From Glycera tridactyla (taxonomy: Eukaryota), in contig OZ286468.1 of the NCBI GenBank assembly GCA_965644265.1, forward strand, positions 38,626,001 to 38,690,000: a stretch of DNA of 64,000 bases, read 5' to 3'. Position 1 is the first letter of the stretch, and each line of letters begins with the position of its first letter. The translations under genes and the position numbers were made by a program. Shown here piece by piece: positions 60,074-64,000 of this stretch. The notes beneath the pieces were generated by a model, which saw nothing but the letters and a program-made list of their open reading frames with translations, was not told the DNA's origin and searched no databases.

Positions 60074-63048
60074 TTGAATCACACTATGCCTCTGTCTAGA
60101 AAACCAAAATACTGCTTCCCACTTGGTCCTGAAGACAACGATCTCGGTCATTGCTCAAAAGCCCTCTCGAATCTACCTGGAATTGTCACCGGTGCTTATA
60201 ACATAAGAAGTCTGACTCGCAAACTAGAAGATGTGTCGAGCCTACTAGAACGAAGCAAAATTGATATCCTGTGTTTGTCGGAGAGTTTTCTTAATGACAC
60301 AATTGCTGATGAAGAATTGATCATCCCAGGGTATCGCTTCATACGTCAGGACAGATCCCTGGCTAGTGGAAAGTGTGGCGGTGGTGGCCTCATCATCTAC
60401 TACCAGAGTCAATATCGGATTAATTTGGTGAATGACTTATGCCTCTGTCAACCTTCTATTGAATGTATCACATTTACATTGGTATTGGAGAATGCACGCC
60501 CTACTCACTATATTTTTGTTTATAGGCCCCCTGACGGCACACTATCAACTGCCATTGATACTCTAACAAGTACACTTGAGAGTCAATCATTAAATTGGCC
60601 AGCCGACGTGATTTTACTAGGAGATGTGAACGTGGACCTATTACATGAAAAATGCCATAGAACCAAAAGCTATCGAAATTTCAGTGACAAGCAAGGCTTA
60701 CAACATCTAATCCTGACCCCAACTAGAGTTACAGAGAACACAAGAACATGTATCGACCATATATTATCCAACCGCCCTGAATACTTCCAGAGAAACGGAA
60801 CACTAGACCCGGGTCTAAGCGACCATCAACTAATCTATGCCAGTAGACACAGGCTAAAAACCCCAAAAATCAAAGAAATGATTGAAATTCGATCACATCG
60901 CACGTTTTCAGAACCTCTCTTTATTAACACTATCAAGGATGCCAACTGGAGCAATGTACTTGATAGCGACGATATTAATATAGCGGCGAAAAACTTTGAA
61001 TCTACTTTCACTGCAATCATCGACAAACACGCTCCGTTGAAACAAGTACCAGTTAAAGCGGACCATCAACCATGGGTGAACTATGAATATCTGAGTAAAA
61101 TTGATTACTGTGAATACAGAAGCAGGTTATACAACCGCCACCCTTCAGTATTGAATAAAGAAATAAAACGCGAAGCCTTTAGAGTTAAGAACAGATTAAA
61201 AAAGTCCTTGAAGAGATCTTATATAAGTGACAGACTAAATAATGCAAAGGGTGACAGTAAACAACTATGGCGTGAACTGAAACGCTTTTGGCCTCTAACC
61301 CAACGACAACTAGTAGTCCCAACTAAGAAAGATCCCTCGTCGAACGAAACTGTCCAGGATGTTGCCAACAACGTCAACAGTTTTTTCGCAAATGTGGGAT
61401 CAAACCTAGCGCATATCATAGGCGAGTCGGGAGATGGTATTCTTCCACCACTTCCTAATGAAGACTTACCTAGTTTTTCACTGAAATTAACGGATGCAGA
61501 CACAGTTAAAGAAGCTATCCAAAATATGAGTAACTCCTCTGCCTCTGGAAGTGACTGCATAAGTAGCTATTTTGTGAAATTAGCTTCAAATGAACTAAGC
61601 CACCTTCTCACTCACATAAGAAATCTATCTATCATACAATCTACTGTCCCGGAAAATTGGAAGTTAGCAATAGTAACTGTTCTTCATAAAGGGGGGCCCA
61701 CAAATGATTATGGAAACTTTCGACCTATCTCCTTACTATCTATCTTAGGCAAGCTATTGGAAAGAATTATTCACCAGCAGACATATGATCATATAACAAT
61801 GAAAATTTATCAAGTCCAATCCAATTTGGGTTCAGGAAGGGGTCCTCCACTGGCACCTGTCTCTCAATATTGCTTGACAAAATTTATAGTGCTTCGGACA
61901 GGGGTTTAATCAGTGGAGTCCTCTTCCTGGACCTAAAAAAGGCATTTGACACCGTCCACCACGGCATCCTTTCAGATAAACTTCGCGCACTAGGTTTCGC
62001 CAACTCATGTGTAAAATGGTTCGAATCCTACTTGGACAACAGGTATCAATGTACTAGAATAGACAAAACTGTCTCTGAAAAGCTGAGAGTCCCCTATGGC
62101 GTGCCCCAAGGGTCAATCTTAGGGCCATTATTATTTATTATTTACATGAATGACATATTGGACTATGTAACCTTCTCAATGCCTCTATTATATGCGGATG
62201 ATACCGCCCTTTATGTTCCAGGACGTTCTGCCATTGAGGTGGAAGAAAAACTCAACCACGACATGAGTGAAATTTCAAACTGGTTCAATTCGCTAAAATT
62301 CACTATCAACGTTAAGAAATCCAATGTTATGATATTCGGGACCCATCAGAAATTGAAAAGTGGCCCTAGAATAAATATAAATCTTGGTGGTGAATTAATT
62401 GAGCAGACAAATAAATATAAATACTTGGGCATTCAACTGGACCCCCATCTAACCTTCGAAAATCATATCAGGTATTTGACAACAAAGGTTAATTTCAGAC
62501 GACGTGCATTACACTACCTGAGACCTTCTATCTCAAGAGACATGTCATTATATTTATATACAAGCCTTATCCAACCTCTCTTCGACTACCTGGACTATCT
62601 CTACGATGGGTGCACTTTGACTCAAAGCAAGAAACTGCAGGTGGTTCAAAACCGATGCCTGAGCACCATAGAGCAAAATGGCTGGACCTATTCAGCCAGT
62701 GGTCTTCATGCAACAACCAAAATTGACGATTTACATGTGGTGAGGAAACAACATACTATCACCGAAGTCTATAAGGCCCTAAATAGAGCAGATAACGTTC
62801 TCAATCAAGCTCATCCGGCTCTCTTTAAAATAAGATCGACAACGATACCATTGGACAGAAGGGTGACACGGAGTGTTTCAAACCTGAACAGGTCATTACT
62901 CGAAATTACCCCGACTAGACTCCACCTCAGTGATCGCAGCCTGCGACAAAGAGGTACAAAACTATGGAACAGTCTCCCAGACGAAATAAGATTGTCGACC
63001 TCCTTGACGTCATTGAAATCGATAGTCAAGACACTTGCACTTGATTAG
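60074..63048 (+). pseudogene. LINE ORF2: apurinic endonuclease + reverse transcriptase (one frameshift near 61795)
   Basis: AYNIRSL, ILCLSESFL, VYRPP, LGDVNVD, LSDHQ; YGNFRPISLLS, QFGFRKG, FLDLKKAFDTV, GVPQGSILGPLLF, YADDT, YKYLG. Confidence 0.95.
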
Positions 63049-63675
63049 TAGCGAAACTTGTCAAAGCGCCATCTATACACTGAAAGTATGTCTTTGATAG
63101 CATGTGTCCAAGCGCCATCTATAGTCTAGGCAAACTAGACGTTGTATGAATCTGGTCATGATTGGACCGAGTGGAGACTCCATACAGGAGTAACCACAAG
63201 ACAAACTTTAATGGAAACTGCACATAGCTCTGTGAAAGTCCTTAAAAGCTCTACAGCACCGCATCCCTGTACAATATTGGACCACTGTGAGATTTCGTGG
63301 ATGATTAGCTACTGGGACAACCTGGAATGAAGTCTGTGTAATAAACATGGATGATTATTCAATATCCCACAATACCACATCTCTACCTGATAGTGAAGAA
63401 AGGTGAGATCCGCATGTGAGTAGTCACCGGGGCAGCCCAGAATGGAGTCTGTGTATTGAACATGGATGACTATTCAAATTCATATGATCTTATCTTACAT
63501 ATCCACTTCACTCACCTATCGATCGTCAACCAGTATATTCCTGATATAACTGAATTGTACCTTGTTAAATAATTATCTTCTGTATTTGGTATATGTGCTT
63601 TATTGTTTGTTTGCATAAGCGTGTTATATGACCTCTCGGGGTCACTTGTTAATGTGTATCATCACCATCTTATGC

Positions 63676-63712
63676 AATAAAAAGATTCTTATCTTATCTT
63701 ATCTTATCTTAT
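63676..63712 (+). repeat. LINE 3' tail: AATAAA followed by (CTTAT)5
   Basis: Directly visible; tandem-repeat tails are typical of CR1/L2-group elements. Confidence 0.85.
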
Positions 63713-63716
63713 CATC

Positions 63717-64000
63717 TTCAGTCTCGAGCATCAATGCCGTACAAATAGTACACGAGAAATTTCCCACTCAGTCAAACTTTCTTGTCCCACCTGCATTTAG
63801 GTGGAAATCGAACAGTAACCAATTAGGTCTCTATCTTATGAATGTGCATGACCAGAGTATGGCAGTCAGTCATCATTCTCAAAAGTATCTTCCACATGGG
63901 CATGACTGGTTCGATCTGACATCTTATCGAAACTTGATCTGGGACGATGGGGAATGGGGGATGATGCCAAACCCAATCTGTTGTCACACTCACTGTTACC
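63717..64000 (+). pseudogene. Continuation of the CUB-like gene after the LINE (open to window end)
   Basis: About 95 stop-free codons in the same frame as 55954-56147 once the insert and one TCATC are removed: ...IHIHVSS-SVSSINAVQIVHEKFP... Confidence 0.65.

Larger units (their letters stand above)
56148..63711 (+). mobile_element. CR1/L2-group LINE, 5'-truncated, 7.56 kb, three cistrons
   Basis: TCATC duplicated at 56143-56147 and 63712-63716; 3' AATAAA (63676) + (CTTAT)5 tail; APE-RT ORF2; removing the insert restores the host reading frame. Confidence 0.85.

Overview
Animal (invertebrate, probably lophotrochozoan) genomic DNA with five short assembly gaps. The left half carries a 5'-incomplete, 21-exon receptor-type protein tyrosine phosphatase gene on the + strand (2868-31757): alternating EGF-like/FN3 ectodomain exons, a transmembrane exon and two PTP domains. 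Its membrane-proximal domain has non-canonical catalytic motifs (QNMC for KNRY, WPE for WPD, HCSDGDGR for HCSAGxGR). An 8.7-kb intron holds a decayed DIRS1-type tyrosine-recombinase retrotransposon with ITRs and ICR still recognisable, itself interrupted by a MITE. The middle has Penelope-like (RT/GIY-YIG) remnants, including a 1.8-kb fold-back duplication and a hammerhead-ribozyme-like core. The right part has decaying genes for extracellular proteins (LRR; CUB-like). The CUB-like gene is split by a 7.56-kb CR1/L2-group LINE whose ends are fixed by a TCATC duplication that restores the host frame. That LINE contains three cistrons: a 5'-truncated N/Q-rich ORF with a PAM2-like motif, an SGNH esterase ORF that appears to need splicing and has its own AATAAA, and APE-RT ORF2. 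This is the most unusual system in the window. All calls come from manual reading of the sequence; no searches were run.
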